The notes below the pieces were generated by a model. The model was not told where the DNA came from. It worked only from the letters and a program-made list of their open reading frames with translations, and did not search any database. The position numbers and the translations under genes are program-made. DNA of 64,000 nt from the human T2T-CHM13v2.0 reference genome, Homo sapiens, in assembly GCF_009914755.1 (NCBI RefSeq), contig NC_060944.1. One strand, written 5' to 3'. Positions 1-17,126 of this stretch are shown piece after piece (within the stretch, counting starts at the first letter, position 1; each line of letters starts with the position of its first letter).

Positions 1-1254
1 TAATCATTTATTCTATAGGACATAACCCAGGAAAGCTATTTAAGAACTAAAATCTTGCATGGCCCAGCTGCTGATTAGTAAAAGCTTGAAGGGCAGTTCC
101 TAAAAGAATCGGTTCTCCTCCCTCTAGTCTCAGAAAAACCTTTTTGGAGCCATGTTTTATGGGCTATTCAAGTGTTAGATCTGGGTCATGGAACACATCT
201 TCAGGACAAGCCCCATAGGTGAAAATAACATCAGCCCATTGAGCAACTAACTAACTTGGGCCCCAAAATCATCCTCAAAGAGGGAGGAAGGAATAAAAGA
301 GGGAAGGAGAGAAATGAAACAATTTTACGGTGCTTAGGCGTCTCAGGGAGGAAGGCTTTATGTAAACATAGGCAATTTACATGGCCTTCCCCTGGTCAAG
401 GTGGGCATCATTCCTTTACACAATTGTAGGTCAAAATTTAACCCAAAACAGGATTTTGTCTAAGTGGAGTGGTTTGAGGGACACAGAATAGGCCACTACA
501 TCCCACATACTGTCCCCAAGCAACCTGCCCTAGCAGCTGAAATTCCACCATCTGTTATCTGTTTCTATGGTTAAATCGCCACAGCTTGATAACCTGAAAA
601 TGTGTTTCAAAGGGCATTACACATAGGGACCTTTTTATCAGTCACAGGCGCTTGAGTATAAAGTACCCTACCAGACTCCTTTATAACTCATCATCTATCT
701 GATAACAGGCTTTAGAGAAATGGATACAGGATGAGTAAGCTCAGTTTCAGGATGGGAATCAGATGAGTAACAAAAGCAACCTAGGATGACCAAGTGTGGG
801 GACGGGCCCACTATCAGTGGGGACTCTGCTAACATCCAGAGCTTATGTGCTTTGCCCAGGTCACTGCAGTGATAGGACTTGGGCCCAAATGTTTAAACAC
901 AGAGGACTGGGTGGGGTTCCCGAATTGCCCAACGAGAGAACGTCTGCTTGGGAGCCACCTGGAAAGGTCATTTCATGAAAGCTCCCTCTGGAGAATCTCC
1001 CCCATGAGACTGGGCTAGCCCTGCCACATTTCTACAGGAATGTCTCTGGAACACATCTCTGAAACATTCATCCTTTTTGGAACAAAACTGGGCCTGGAGT
1101 CTTCTTCCAAAGAACCCCAAGGACTCTCACTAGCAACCTAAATAAGAAGCAGGAGAGGCAGGGTTCTCTTGGGACCTCAGGGACCTTCAGACCCAGGACA
1201 CATGGTGACAAGCCCTGGACTAGCCAATCAGGGCCGTCCCTGGGGACTCCTTAC

Positions 1255-1330
1255 CTCCCGGTGCCGGAGCTGTAAATTCTGGCCTTCATAGTACAAGTTG
1301 TAGGTCTTCAGATGCAAGAGAAGTTCATTT
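1255..1330 (-). CDS. RASSF2: RASSF2 second coding exon (76 nt; (K)NELLLHLKTYNLYYEGQNLQLRHRE); gene continues left of the window
   Basis: Minus-strand translation matches the recalled RASSF2 N-terminus. Acceptor ttccccctaag| at 1331-1332, donor |gtaagg at 1254. Phase is consistent with the previous exon (59+76=135 nt = 45 codons). Confidence 0.96.
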
Positions 1331-1729
1331 CTTAGGGGGAAAAATAGAAGAGATATAACATTATCAGCTGAAGCCACTTATAATGCAGTTGTTCCCTCTT
1401 TCTCTCACCTCTCACCTGGCCTTCAGTCACCCCACTTTGGGTAACTGTCCACATGTACATACACACACATGCACATGCACACAGAGTTCTGCCACCACCA
1501 CCCCATAACCATCTTCCCCCAGGATCAAAGTCAAGAGTGAGCACCACCCCAGAACAATGCTTAAAGTAAGGAGCAACTCCAGGACACCAAGGCAGGCCTC
1601 GTCTACCGACAATACTCCCAAACTCAAGCTGAATGAGCAGGTGTTAATAAGCCATGGATTCACTGAGGCGAGCACTTCAGAGCCCACACACAGCGATTCT
1701 CCTGCATGGCTGTGGCCTTTTCTCCCTCA

Positions 1730-2103
<374 letters not shown>

Positions 2104-3074
2104 CTTGCAAACTCCCATCAGCATCAGAATGGGTGCATAAAGGAAGCAATAGCCACACAACGGAAAATTATCAGCGAAGAGAATGTGAATGAACTACACA
2201 ACTACACGCATGTGTGTGACTCATGGGAATTATAGGATATGTGCTTTTCTTGTGTCTAGCTTCTTTCACAAAAAAGCACAGATCATATTCCATTGACAGA
2301 AAGTTCAAAATGGAGTGTTAGAATTCAGGATAGTGGTTCACCTTGGGGAGTAGTGACAAGAAGTGGGCATGAGGTGGCTTCTGGGCCCTGGCAATACTTT
2401 TTCAGTTCTAAAAATTAAAAAATAAAAACCCTTAGAAACTCCCCCTCTGAAGCCCAGCACTGGACCTCCTTAGCCACCAAGTTTTCCAAGTGGCTGCACT
2501 GGGAGTACAGCTCTACTGCACGTGGCCAGAGAGGAGATTTCACCCCCTTTGTGATCAGGGAAATCCCTCATCAACCCTGAGAATGCACAAGTCAAGTTTC
2601 ATCTGAAAGTGCATGTTTTGCACTCCAGGTGGGATGAGAGGGGCGAGAGGTGGAGGGGGCCACTGTGCGCTTTTGTCTAGTCTCAAGTAAGAGGTGGCAG
2701 AGTTCAGCCTCTCTGAACCCAGCCATTCAGTGGAGAGATTTTGGACCACGCCAGGAGTCAAGACCCACTGGAAATGCCAAGAAAATCCTGACAAGTTAAA
2801 CCTAGATAAAGCAGCATGATTCTATGCAAGCTGAAATAAATTTGTGGAAAATGTGATTCGAAATCACCTAAGACAAAAGGCCGTTTGGTACTTTTGAACA
2901 CACAGATCTGAAACCGGGAGAGAAAATCATTGGTTGGTAGAAGTCCCTGGGGAAATCTGTCCACAAAGAGATAAGAATGGTCAGATGTCACAAAACATGT
3001 GTCAAGTGTGCCTAAGGACTTCCAACAATTTAGTCCCAGATAAATTAAATATTTCGTTAAGATAGAGAAATCCC

Positions 3075-3430
<356 letters not shown>

Positions 3431-3589
3431 TCACATTAGCAAAAAGCCTGAGCTCAAGAGACTTTAGTGCACAGAAAGCAATTAAATTGTCCCCTTCTAT
3501 TCAGAGGGCATTAGCCAGACCCAGAGCAGCCGAGGGACACACTACTCCAGCCAGGACTCCCTGGGAACACAACGGACAGGACGGGGAGC

Positions 3590-3902
3590 AGTGTCTGAGT
3601 CCATTCTGGCTGCCGGACCATAGACTGGGTGGCTTCTAAAGAACAGAAATTCATTTCTCACAGCTCTGGTGGCCAGGAAGTCCAACGTCAGGGTAGAGTC
3701 AGTGTCTGGTGACAGCCCTATCCTCACAGACAGTGCCTTCTCACTGCGTCCTCACACCGCGGAGGAAAAACAATCTCCCTTGGCCTTTTATAAGGGTACT
3801 TAGATCTAATCACATCCCAGAGGCCCCACCTCTTATACCAGCACCTTGGGGTGAAGTTTCCACATAGGAATTTGGGGGAGACACAAACATTCAGAAGATA
3901 GC
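3590..3902. mobile_element. MaLR LTR (MLT1A-like)
   Basis: Typical 'aaacagaaattcatttctcacagctctgg...gacacaaacattcag' motifs. Confidence 0.7.
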
Positions 3903-4216
3903 GAACAGCCACCAGCCAACTCCTCCTCCTGGAAGTCTTCCAGGATACCACATCTTTTGAGCCCCCAAAGTTTCTGCGTCTTGACTTCCCCTTTACTTCA
4001 CCTCCAGGCCAGGCTCTCGGGACATGTTTTTATCTATAGCAGCAGCCCTGACGCTCTTACAAGTCCAAGTTCAGCTGCTTGGCTCCTTCCCCCATGCAGG
4101 AGCCCCACCAGTCTGATATACAGTGGGGGGCCCTCTGCCAGCGGCTGCCGTCCACCCACAACATCCCAGCACGGGACTGGTCACTGAGGACAAAACACTC
4201 CAGCAAAACGTCTTAC

Positions 4217-4275
4217 TTGGAAATGTATTTATCTTGTCCACATGGGACTAGGGACGTTTGGTGGCTGTAGTCCAT
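4217..4275 (-). CDS. RASSF2: RASSF2 first coding segment (MDYSHQTSLVPCGQDKYISK); whole exon is 4217-4307 including 32 nt of 5'UTR
   Basis: ATG at 4275 in strong context (AGAATGG); donor |gtaaga at 4216; acceptor ctccttccaaatgtag| at 4308-4309; peptide matches recalled RASSF2 start. Confidence 0.96.
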
Positions 4276-4945
4276 TCTTCCTTTCTCTTTTCATCGGAAG
4301 GAGAGGCCTACATTTGGAAGGAGAAGACAGAGGTTAAAGTCAAGTTGTGTGCTTGGGAACTCAGCAGAACTTGGGGTGGGGAGGGGGCACAAAATTGGAC
4401 GCCATGGCTCTCCGTTCCTCCCCACCCAGATCCACAGCTAACACTGACCCAAGGCTGTGAGGGGCAACACTGCTGGCTGCTGCCTCGGCTTGCCACAGCC
4501 TCTGAGAACAAACATCCAAAGGAAAGACGACAACCCTTGGACAATCCAAGCACAAATGCCCCAGCCACAGAGCACACTGACAGCCACATTGGTTCCAAGG
4601 ATGACTGATGAGTCCTCCTCTCTGAAGAGACCGTCACAACACAGAATAGAGAGTTATCTCAGGGACAGCCCGATTCTACTGAGGTCTACTGAGGATGGGT
4701 AAACCACCTGAAAATGCCCAAATACAGCCGAGTGCGAGAAATCACAGTATGTGTCTACAGACACCACTAAAATATTACAATGTGAAAGACAATTTAATTA
4801 TAACAATACATTACAAAAACACAGGTAACAAAACTATGGGTCTAATTTTGTTTAAAATCTATGTAAGTATAAAATATGCATATACATACACACATTTACA
4901 TGTATAAATATTTATTCAGATAGGTATATATATACATATATATAT

Positions 4946-5632
<687 letters not shown>

Positions 5633-6097
5633 ACATTACTCACAACAGCCCAAAGGTGGAAGCAGCCCAAGTGTCCACTGAAGGATGAGCAGATAAACAA
5701 AATGGAATATACGCATCCAGTGGAATATTATTCAGCCTTAAAAAGGAAGGAAAGGCTGGCACATGCTAGAACATGGGTGAACCTTGAAGACATTATAACA
5801 GGCCACACCCAAAAAGAAAAATACCATATGATTCCACTTTTATGAGGTACCTAGAGTAGTCAAAATCAGAGACTGATTTTATAGAATGGTGATTCTTCAA
5901 AAAGTAGAACGGTGGTTGCCAGAGGCTGGGAAGAAGGGGAAATGGAGAGTTTCTTAATGGGTACAGAGTGTGCAAAAGGAAGAGAGTTCTGGAGATAGAC
6001 GGCAGTGATGGTTACACAACATGTGAAGTTACTTAATGCCACTGAACTAGACACTTTAAAATGGTTAAGATGGTAAATTTTATGTGTATTTTACCAC
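5633..6097 (+). mobile_element. Old L1 (L1M-type) 3' end
   Basis: 'atagccaaaaggtggaa...ggttaagatggtaaattttatg' L1MB/MC 3'UTR-like motifs. Confidence 0.8.
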
Positions 6098-6127
6098 TAT
6101 ATACATATACACGTGTATGTGTGTGTG

Positions 6128-7882
<1,755 letters not shown>

Positions 7883-8364
7883 AAAACTTTTCTTTCTTAA
7901 GTGACAATTACCCGTAACTAGTCAGTGTCCCTTTTTCTAAAAAGTTGCCCCTTCTACACATGTATAAATTTACACATTCAACAAGCATTTATTGTGTCTA
8001 CAACGTGCCAAGCATCGTGCTTCACGATGGTGGCTCAGCAGTCAAGGAAACAAGGCACATGGTGCAGGAGGAGGGGGATGTGTGGGGGCAGAGGGCTCTG
8101 TCAAGGGAGGGTGAGTGCTATGGTAGCAAACAGGAAGGACACCTACGGATGAGGGTGGGGTCCTGGGGGGCTTTCTGGAGGAAGAGACCTCTAAACTGAG
8201 ACCTCAGTGTTGGCAAAGATGAGGGGCGAGTAGGTCCAGGCAGAAAGAGCAGGCAACTCGGAGCTGTGCGAGATGGGGTGGCACGAGCAGAACCCCGACC
8301 TGGTGAGGAGTCTGGACTTCATCTGGTGGGCAATGCTGGGCCATGTGAGTGTGGAGGATGAAGA

Positions 8365-8835
8365 ATGGCCCCAGAGACACCTGGGCCCCGACCTGGAGCC
8401 TGTGAAAATTACCTTATATGGTAACAGGGACTCTGCAGATGTGATTAAATGAAGGATCTTGAAACGAAGAGACTATCCTGGATTATCTGGGGGGCCCTAA
8501 ATGTAACCACCAGTGTCCTTATAAGAGGGAGGCTCTGCCACAGCAGAGAGAAGGCGACGTGACAACTGCAGCAGAGGGAGAAATCTGAAAACGCTGCACT
8601 GTGGACGAAGATGGAGGAAGGGGCCATGAACCTTGAAGGCAGCTCACAAGCTGGGAAAGGCAAGGACACAGATTTGCCTCAGAGCCCCTGGTGCGAGCAG
8701 AGCCCTACCACCACCTTAGTTTTGGCCCAGAGAAACTGACTTCAAGACTTCTGGACTCCAGAATATAAGTATTAAATTTCTGTTGTTTTAAACCACCAAG
8801 ACTATAGTCATTTTTCTCGGCAGCAAGAGGAAAAC
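8365..8835. mobile_element. MaLR LTR (MLT1-like)
   Basis: 'ttaccttatatggtaacagggactctgcagatgtgattaa...tgttgttttaaaccacc' motifs. Confidence 0.75.
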
Positions 8836-9668
8836 AAGGGGAATTCCGAGGGCAGGGATGTGATCTGATGTACATTTTGGAAAGGTCACCCACCCAATGC
8901 CTTGCTTTGTGGAGAAATAATCCGGGAGAAGAGCATCCCGGGGACCAGTTGAGAGGCCGGAGCCCGAGTTGGAGAGACAGACTCTAGAGAGTTCGAAGAA
9001 GAAGAGGAAAGTCGTGATGTGGAAAGCACACCCTTTGGGGAAAGGGTGTGCTGCCGGATGAAACGTGGGGTGACAGGCAGAGTCCTGGTGACGCACAGGC
9101 TGCTGGCGAGGACCGCAACGTAGGCAGAGGTGCCACCTTCACAGTTGCTGAAGTGAGGACCAGGACTGAGTTTCAGGCAGACCCATGGAAACTTCCAGTG
9201 CAGATAACCAGAAGTACAGCAGGCCTGGGGCCCAGGAGAGCAATTCCTGGCACGTGAAGTGAGGGGAGAGGATGAGGTCATCGGGAAAGAACAGAAGGGG
9301 TGAAGGGGACAGGGCCTAGAGCAGGGTTCCCATTAACCCAGTTGGTCAGCATGGGCAGAGGAAGGAGTCCCTGGAGAAAGAGGAAAAACAGGAGACATGG
9401 TACCAAGGAAGCCCAGGAAACAAGGGGCCTTGAGAAGGAGGCCAAGGCCAGCAGAGCCAGGAGCTGGTGGTCAGAGCCCAAGGAAGGGGAACCCAGAGCA
9501 GCCTCTGTTAAACCACACAAAGGTCATGGGGGAACTCAGCCAGAGCTGATCGCGCAGCCTGGTTGGAGTGGAAATCAGGTGAACGGTGCCTGCTGTCGGC
9601 AGCCCTTCTCACTCTCCCACACAGGAGTCTTTCTTCAGCCAGGGAAATGTTATTCTATCTTTCTTTGA

Positions 9669-9989
<321 letters not shown>

Positions 9990-10289
9990 CATTCTTGGTT
10001 CTTCTGCAATCTCTTCTCTCTCTAGCACTATGCATCCATCCACCCCGGCAGCTACCCTCCATTTCCTTATTTTTCTCAGAATTCTCCAGCTAATCTTCTA
10101 ACTCACCAATTGAATTTTCTCCAGGACTCTCTCTTTCGTTCTTTGCCTCCAACATAACCTATCATTTGGTAATTTAGTTCTGCATCTGTCCTGCTCTTAA
10201 GACAATTCTTTTTAATACCATGTCTTCTTAAATCTACTGAGAATACCAGTTAGAGAATTTGATTCTTAAAACTATCTGGTTCTACAGAA

Positions 10290-10850
10290 AAAAATAGCCA
10301 GAGCAATGAAACAATAAACATACAGAAATAGACCCAAATATATCTGGGAACATGGAATGTAAGCAGCAGTTCTAAATAGCAGGGGAAAGGTAGCTTAATT
10401 TTTTAAAATATCACTAGAGAATTCGCTGGCGTTTGGAAGGGGGAAGACAGGGAAGTGAAATCGCTAGCTTACTCCTTCCACCAAAAGAAATAACTGAACC
10501 AAAAATTTAAACATTGAAAAATAAAATGCTGAAGAAATTGATACCAACCTGTGAAAATTTTAAACTTCTGTTCAGAAAAAAAAAAAAAAGGAAACTATAC
10601 AAAGTCAAAAAGGCAAATTGAAAACTGGGGAAAAATATTTACAAAACATATGGTAAAGGGCTAATGTCCTTAATACATAAAGAGCTTTAATAAATCAGTA
10701 AGAAAAAGGTTCTATGCTCATTCATAAAATGGGCAAAGGACACGCACAGTAGTTCATGGAAAACTCAATACAAGTAATTAATAAATCCATGAAAAGGTGT
10801 TCAACTTCCCTCATGACCCTACTTTTTACTTACCAGATTGATACACATCA
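10290..10850 (+). mobile_element. Old L1 ORF2 fragment
   Basis: A-rich with 'cagaaatagacccaaatat', 'aaatgggcaaaggac' L1 motifs. Confidence 0.7.
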
Positions 10851-11731
10851 GATAGTCTGATGGCCCCGACTGTGGGAATTTTCTAGGGCTCAGCCACTCT
10901 CTACCTGTTGGGTGATCTCACCAAGGCCATAGCTATAACTCCGACCTATGGGGTCATGTTGCCCCATCTTTGTCTATGGCCTGACTTCTCCCCACCTTTT
11001 TTCTTACTTTGACATTTCTTGGGAAAAAAGTGTTAAGAAAATATTTGCATAGCCTAACCCAAAGTTGAACTGAAATTACAGGTAGGTGATTCTAGGACCC
11101 AATCCCTCTTTTGCCCCACTCTGGGCATCTGCACCTTTCTTCACAAACTTTCCAACCACCTTCACAAAGCACTGTCTCCCTGCAGCCAGCTAAAGATACT
11201 AAGCTACATTCACATCCACCTTAAGGCAAACAGCAGCAGCACTAACAGAGGGCCGGAAATTCACAGTTAACTCTGATATTCCTTAAACAGAGCATTGTTC
11301 CTCACACAAGGAAGGTCAGAGGAAGACGGTTTGTGGAACAGGAATGTGGATTCAATTGGATTCAACTGGACACTTCCTCCAGGGGTGCCTGCCATTATCT
11401 GTGGCCTTGGAGACAGGGATTCATTCGTTCAGCTGGCTGGTTGCAATGCTTCTGCCTCCCCTGTTATTATCCAGAATTTATGGTGCTCTCCTGGGCTCCA
11501 AAATGCCTTTAAGAACCATTTACGATCATGACTTCCCACGGGGCCTTGGGAATACAGACTAATGGTTGTTATGTCTTGTAGGAGGGAAACTGAGGCAAGG
11601 AGGAAAGAGGGGCTTCCCACATCAGCCAGCATCTAGGCACAGAACTAAAACACCTCATAGTCTACCACACAGAGAAAGGAGAAGAGGGGCAGAAAGGGGA
11701 CAAGAAAGAAAGGGCAAATTTTACACAAATC

Positions 11732-12016
11732 TTTTTTTTTTTTTTTTTTGAGACAGGGTCTCATTCTGTCACCCAGGCTGGAATGGAGTGGCACGATCAC
11801 AGGTCACTGCAGCCTTGACCTCTTGGGCTCAAGTGATTCTCTCACCTCAGCCTTCTGAGTAGCTGGGACCACAGGTACACGCCACCATACCTGGCTAATT
11901 TTTTATTTTTTGTAAAGATGGAGTCTCACTATGTTGCCCAGGCTGGTTTCAAACTCCTGGCCTCAAGCAATCCTCCTGTTTTGGCTTCCACAATGCTGTG
12001 ATTACAGGTGTGAGCT
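11732..12016 (-). mobile_element. Alu (AluJ-like)
   Basis: Alu consensus. Confidence 0.9.
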
Positions 12017-12904
12017 ATCTCTCAAAAATCATTTTTAATATGGAGCTGCTCTTTGGAAGTCTAAAACATATTTAAATCTACTGAACTTCCTCTATGAACA
12101 TAGTTACTTACTCCCTCTAGAATTCTAAATCAGTACTTCTTTTTAGAAAAAACACTTTAGAAAATAAAGCATATATTGAATGTCTACTAACCACAAAGCA
12201 TGTCTGCCAAAATAGCTGGAGATGTGAATACAGCTGGGCTTGCCTAGTTGAGACATGAGTCTCCCAGGTTCCTGTCATGCTGGAACCCTGTTGGGGCCAC
12301 CAACCAGTCAAGTTTTCCCTCTGACACTGGCTTCATGCTTTGGCAGAATGTTCCAAATTCTCCTCAGCTCCATTAAATGCCTGGGCAATGCATTCTGCTT
12401 GTCAGTGGAATTCAGCTGGTTACTTGGAGACCCATTCATGACTTCCTGACTGCCTGAAAGACAGCTTGGGGGTAAGACCTTCCCTAAGACCCAGGAGGAC
12501 GTCTTTTCAAAGGGAAGGTCCTCTGGCCATTTAATATGATGACATCCCAGCCACAGAGAACTTTCGGAGCCTACTTTTTATGCTCTGTGAGTGTGCCCAT
12601 GCTCCCCCTCAGACCCAGATTCACATGTTCTAGCCTCGACCCTCATCAAAACTTACCTCCCCCTATAAATGACCCCTGGACAATGCAGGGACAGGCACTC
12701 CCACTTCGGCCTGCCCTTCAGCACAGCACGTACCCCACACAGAAGTCCCCTGCTGGTGTTTCTCTCCCCTCCTGGGCCTGGAGCTTCCTCTCTGGCCCCC
12801 AGCCCCCAGCTCCCAGCCTGTGCCTCTCCTGCACCCGGGTTATCATGATTACTGCTTCCAGGAAGGGGATGGGATCAGCAGTCTGTCCAGGGACACTAAC
12901 CTGC

Positions 12905-13300
12905 TACCTTAGGCCAGGGGATTCCTAGAAGCAGAGCCTGAAAGAAAGCATGTGATTTATTGTGCAGGTGTTTTCAGGAGAAACCTGTAAGGGAGTGGGG
13001 GAGGCAGGACGGGGGCAGTGGGAGGAGCTAGGAATGAGGTGCGTTCAGCTGGAGCCCAGCCACAGCTGATCCCCTGGGGAGCTCTGTGGTGTGAAGGGCC
13101 CCCAGAGTTGTCCTACGTGGAGGTGGGCAGGTGGCGCTTCTGGACCGCTGCATGTCAATCATTGGCAGAGGGACAGCCCGTAGGCATTTCCCTGCAAGAG
13201 CAATTCTCAGGAAACGTGTGCCGCTAAGACCCAGCACTGTCAACACTCACAGCATGCAATAGATTAAGGGGACCTGGGTGGTACAGCAGCATCCATTACA
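12905..13300. mobile_element. ERVL-type LTR (LTR16/LTR33-like)
   Basis: 'ttcctagaagcagagcctga...tttatt...ggaaacctgtaagggagtgggggaggcagga' LTR motif. Confidence 0.55.
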
Positions 13301-14325
13301 CCTGCTCCATATCTGAGATTGAAGCAACTACTGGGTCTGTCACTGTCCCCCACCCACTCTCAAGTTGGGAGGAAACAGCTGCCCACTCAGGACCAGCCTG
13401 GCGCTGGAGCCTAGGCTGCCGGAACGGGGTCAGCGTCACCCAAGCTCTGGACCAGCTGAAGCCCTGCAGCAGTTGCATGAAGGATCCTTTCCCTTCCTTC
13501 CCACAGATGCCACTTGCAGGTGTTTCCAGCCTCCCACAGGAGGCCTCTCCAAGAACAAATGCAGGGCTGGCCAAGCCCAAAAATCACAGCCTCAGCTTCC
13601 TGAGAGGAGAGCACACACCAAGTTCTCAAGACGCTCTAGGAGGAGGGAAAGGCGTCTGGAGCTCCCACCAAAAACAGCAGAATCCCCTCTGCTCTTAGGT
13701 CTTGCTTCCTCCAAACGCTCCATGATCAGGGAGCCTGGAGAACGTGCCACCTTTCCTTGGTCTCAGAGCATCCCCAGGACCCTGGCTCGCCCTACGTGGT
13801 TTCAGTTCCAGCCTGGAGACCCAGCACCTCTCGTCTTATTTATGAATTGGGAAGTCCTCCAAGGGAGGGGCAGCCCTGGCAGGAAAGTCCAGGGTGAGAG
13901 AGGGGAAGAGCTGCCTTTGGTGGTCACTTTTGTTTTTTGTTTCCTGAATTGTCTTTCTGGTTGTAGAGCAGGGGCCAGGCCCCAACCACCCCCACCTCAG
14001 CTCCCAGTGGGGGTGAGGGAGGGAGAGCAACAGTTGTTCTATAGGCTCCAGGCAGCCCCAGTCTCTGAGACAGGCTTGGGGAGGAGAGGGCTTTCCATGG
14101 AGAATTCCCAGGGTGGCAGACCCCACAGAGCCACCACCTGACCAGTGGGAGGGCTGAGCACTTGCCAAAGCCTGGACTGAAACCAAGGATGGGGGGCAGT
14201 GGGAAGAGGTGGCTTAGAGACACCCGACGTCACAGCGATTCTGACTCCAGGTGCTCATGAGACTCCCAGAGCAGCGGCAGGGAGTGGGTAGAGAGAGGGG
14301 TTGCTTTAAACATCCTGATGTCAGC

Positions 14326-14740
14326 GAGGCATGGTGGCTCATGCCTGTAATTGCAGCACAGCACAAGGACAGCTTGGGGCCAGGAGTTCAAGATCAACCT
14401 GGGCAACATTGTGAGACCCCATCTCTACAAAAAATAAAAAAATAAAAAATTAGCCAGGCACAGTTAATGCCTGTAGTCTTAGCTACTCAGGAGGCTGAGA
14501 TAGGAGGATCGCTTGAGCACAGAAGTTCGAGGTTGCAGTGCGCTATGATGGTACCACTGCACTCCAGTCTGGGAGATGGAGTGAATCCCCTTCTTTAAAA
14601 AATCAAATCAAATCAAATCCTGACATCCAGATTGCAGCCCAGATCAATTACATCAGACTCTAGGGGAGGGGCCCAGGCAGAAGCACTTTCAAAGCCTCCC
14701 CAGGTCATGCCAGTGTACATCCAGGGCTGAGCGCCACTGT
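14326..14740. mobile_element. Alu (plus, 14326-14617) adjacent to a MER5A-like hAT fragment
   Basis: Alu consensus; 'cccagatcaattacatcagactctagggga...ccagggctgag' MER5A motif. Confidence 0.8.
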
Positions 14741-15544
14741 GGAACCTGGTAGGGAAAGAGCTGTGTAGATTGAGGACACCACCATAGGTATTTCAAAGCA
14801 GCCCTTCAAGAAAGGAAGGGGTGGAATTTTCTAAAAGCAAACTGAGTTGGGTATTTAGCACCCTCTCCCTACTACTAATATTTCCAAGGAGAAAGGGGAC
14901 AGTGTAGAGTGTCCCGCAGGGTCTATGTGTGCAGGCACTGAGCTGACGCAAAGGGCTCCTTCTTGCAAGCCAGGGCACCATGTCACAGAAGCCAGAACCC
15001 CAGCCCCAGGCCCCAAGTCTGATGCAAAGGAAACGCTCACTGGAGGCCTGTAGCTTCCTCTTTTGGGGCCTGTGCACACCTCTTCTCTGAGCCCTGCCCC
15101 TCCCTCTGAGGACAACCTGGATCTCCTGGGTTGGAGAAGAAAGTTGCTGGACACAGTGCTTTCCACTACAGTGTTAAAGACCAACTGGCCAGGTCTCCTG
15201 AGGGAATCTGCTTTGTAACCAAGCAATGGCAGAGGAGATAGTGATCCCTCTGCGCTTCGGACCCCTTGTAGTGGGGCAGGAAGCGGTGTGGATGGCAAAC
15301 AGGAAACCCCAGCCCCATTGCACCACACGAGGAAGGAGACTTGAGCTGCGGGCTGGGGCCCTGCCAAGACCTAGAGATGGCAAGAGATGCCAGATCATGC
15401 TTCCCAAACCCAAGCCTGTCCTGGGCATGGGCAAAATGTGGGCTGCCTCGGAAGGAAATGGCATACTCTGCCTTCTGCCTTCCTGCTTTATGGAACAGAA
15501 GCCCCATCACTGCCTGGACTCCTTTAACCCCTACACCAACCTCA

Positions 15545-15930
15545 TTACGAAAGAAACTTTATTATCCTCATTTTGCAGTTGAACAGTTGAGGCACAAAGA
15601 AGCTATGCCACTTGCCCAAAGACACACAGCTAGAAGGGGCGGAGCTGAGGCTCAAATCCAGGGCGGTGCAGGTGCCAAGCGGAACCCCTGTAGACTACAG
15701 CTTCTCTTGAGGTGATAAGGAAGAAAGTGCTTTCAGCCAAAAATCAGCCAACCCAACTGTATTCTGGAGGAGAGGTTCTCCCACTTGAGTGTGTATTGGA
15801 ATCTCTCCGAGGGCTCGTTAAAATACAGATTGCAGGTCCCTTTGCCCCAGTTTCTGATTCAGTAATTCTGGGGTGGGGTCTGAGAAGGTGCAGTTCTAAT
15901 AAGCGCCCAGGGCTGCTGCTGATGCTGCTG
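15545..15930. mobile_element. MIR fragment (~15545-15660) and MER5A-like fragment (~15770-15930)
   Basis: 'attttgcagttgaacagttgaggcaca' and 'ttaaaatacagattgcaggtcc...tctgattcagtaattctgggg' motifs. Confidence 0.65.
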
Positions 15931-16967
15931 GTGGTAGCAGGCTCTAGATGCTTTATCTTAGTCCCTCCAAGAACCTCAGGGGGAAGACTTCACTTTACAA
16001 ATGAGGAAACAGAAGGTCTCAGAGGTTAGGTGGCTTGTCCCAGGTGGCACAGCCGACATGCAGCCCAGTGCTCCTGTGGCTCTCTGGCTGAGCGCTGGAT
16101 CTGAGAGGGCCACTATGCGAGTAGCAGGTGCAGGCTGGCTCCAGCTACCAGCCCACAGCAGGCTGGGAGGTCTGGGGGATGGGAGGCGAGTGAGTGACCA
16201 GCCCAGAGGACAAGCTGTGGGAAAAGCAGACCCTGCAGGGGCCAGGGAGAGAGGCCCAGAGCCGCAGGTCCAGGACGTGGGCACTTGCAGTCACAGAGCC
16301 ACTGACTCTCAGTCCCTTATCACACACTGGGTGGGACACTGAGGGGACAATGAACTACCCCTCCCATTCACAGGCCCCGCAGACCATCCCCACCCCATTC
16401 CCAGAAAAACCCCGATGCTTGGTAACTGACAGGCACAGCCCCTTCCTGGCAAGCTACCGCACTCCCATCCCCGGAGCTGCCCCTGCCTGGCCCACCGACA
16501 CAGGAGGAACTGAAACACAGCAAGGGCCATGCTGGGGTTTCTTCAAGCATGTCAGCCTACGAAGCCGCCACTCTTCTGCCACCAACTGTGGCCCAGCCCG
16601 GCCCAGCCCTCCCTGCCCAAGCTGTCTGCACAGGCCTGGGTTCCCAGACGCGACTGTGGAAGATGGGAGGAAGCGGTCCTGGGACTCCTGCCGGAAAGGC
16701 CTGCCTCCAGCTCCACCCCAGTGGGAGGGTGGCCAGGTGAGTGACCCAGAAGGCCACCGCTGGGCCCACCCAGACAATGGCCTCGCAGACCGGAGGAGCA
16801 GCCACATGTTTACAGGGAAGCCCCACTGGCATCCACAAGTGCCTGACCTTTAGGATGGATGTTGCAGAAGGAAATTCAGAGCGCTTAGCCACTAATCAGA
16901 GAGGCAGGGCGCTGGAGCGGGACGAAAAAGGAAGCATAAAGGAAGCACAGACTCCAGAAAAAAGCAG

Positions 16968-17126
16968 CTGTGTGTGCGTGGGTGTGAGCATAGCTCCCGG
17001 TGTGTGAGTGAGAGTCCAGTGTGTGGCGTGTGTGTGTGTGTGTGTGGAGGGTATGGTTGGGGGTGGTGTGTATGGCTGTGTATGTGTGTGTATCCACATG
17101 TATGGTGTGTGTGCTTGGTATGTGTA
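16968..17126 (+). repeat. Degenerate (TG)n microsatellite
   Basis: Directly visible. Confidence 0.9.

Noticed and set aside
13365-14141. 258-aa plus-strand ORF
   Set aside because: Non-ATG start, antisense within a RASSF2 intron, no recognisable domain
16194-16853. 219-aa plus-strand ORF
   Set aside because: GC-rich intronic sequence with several equally long overlapping frames; no protein features
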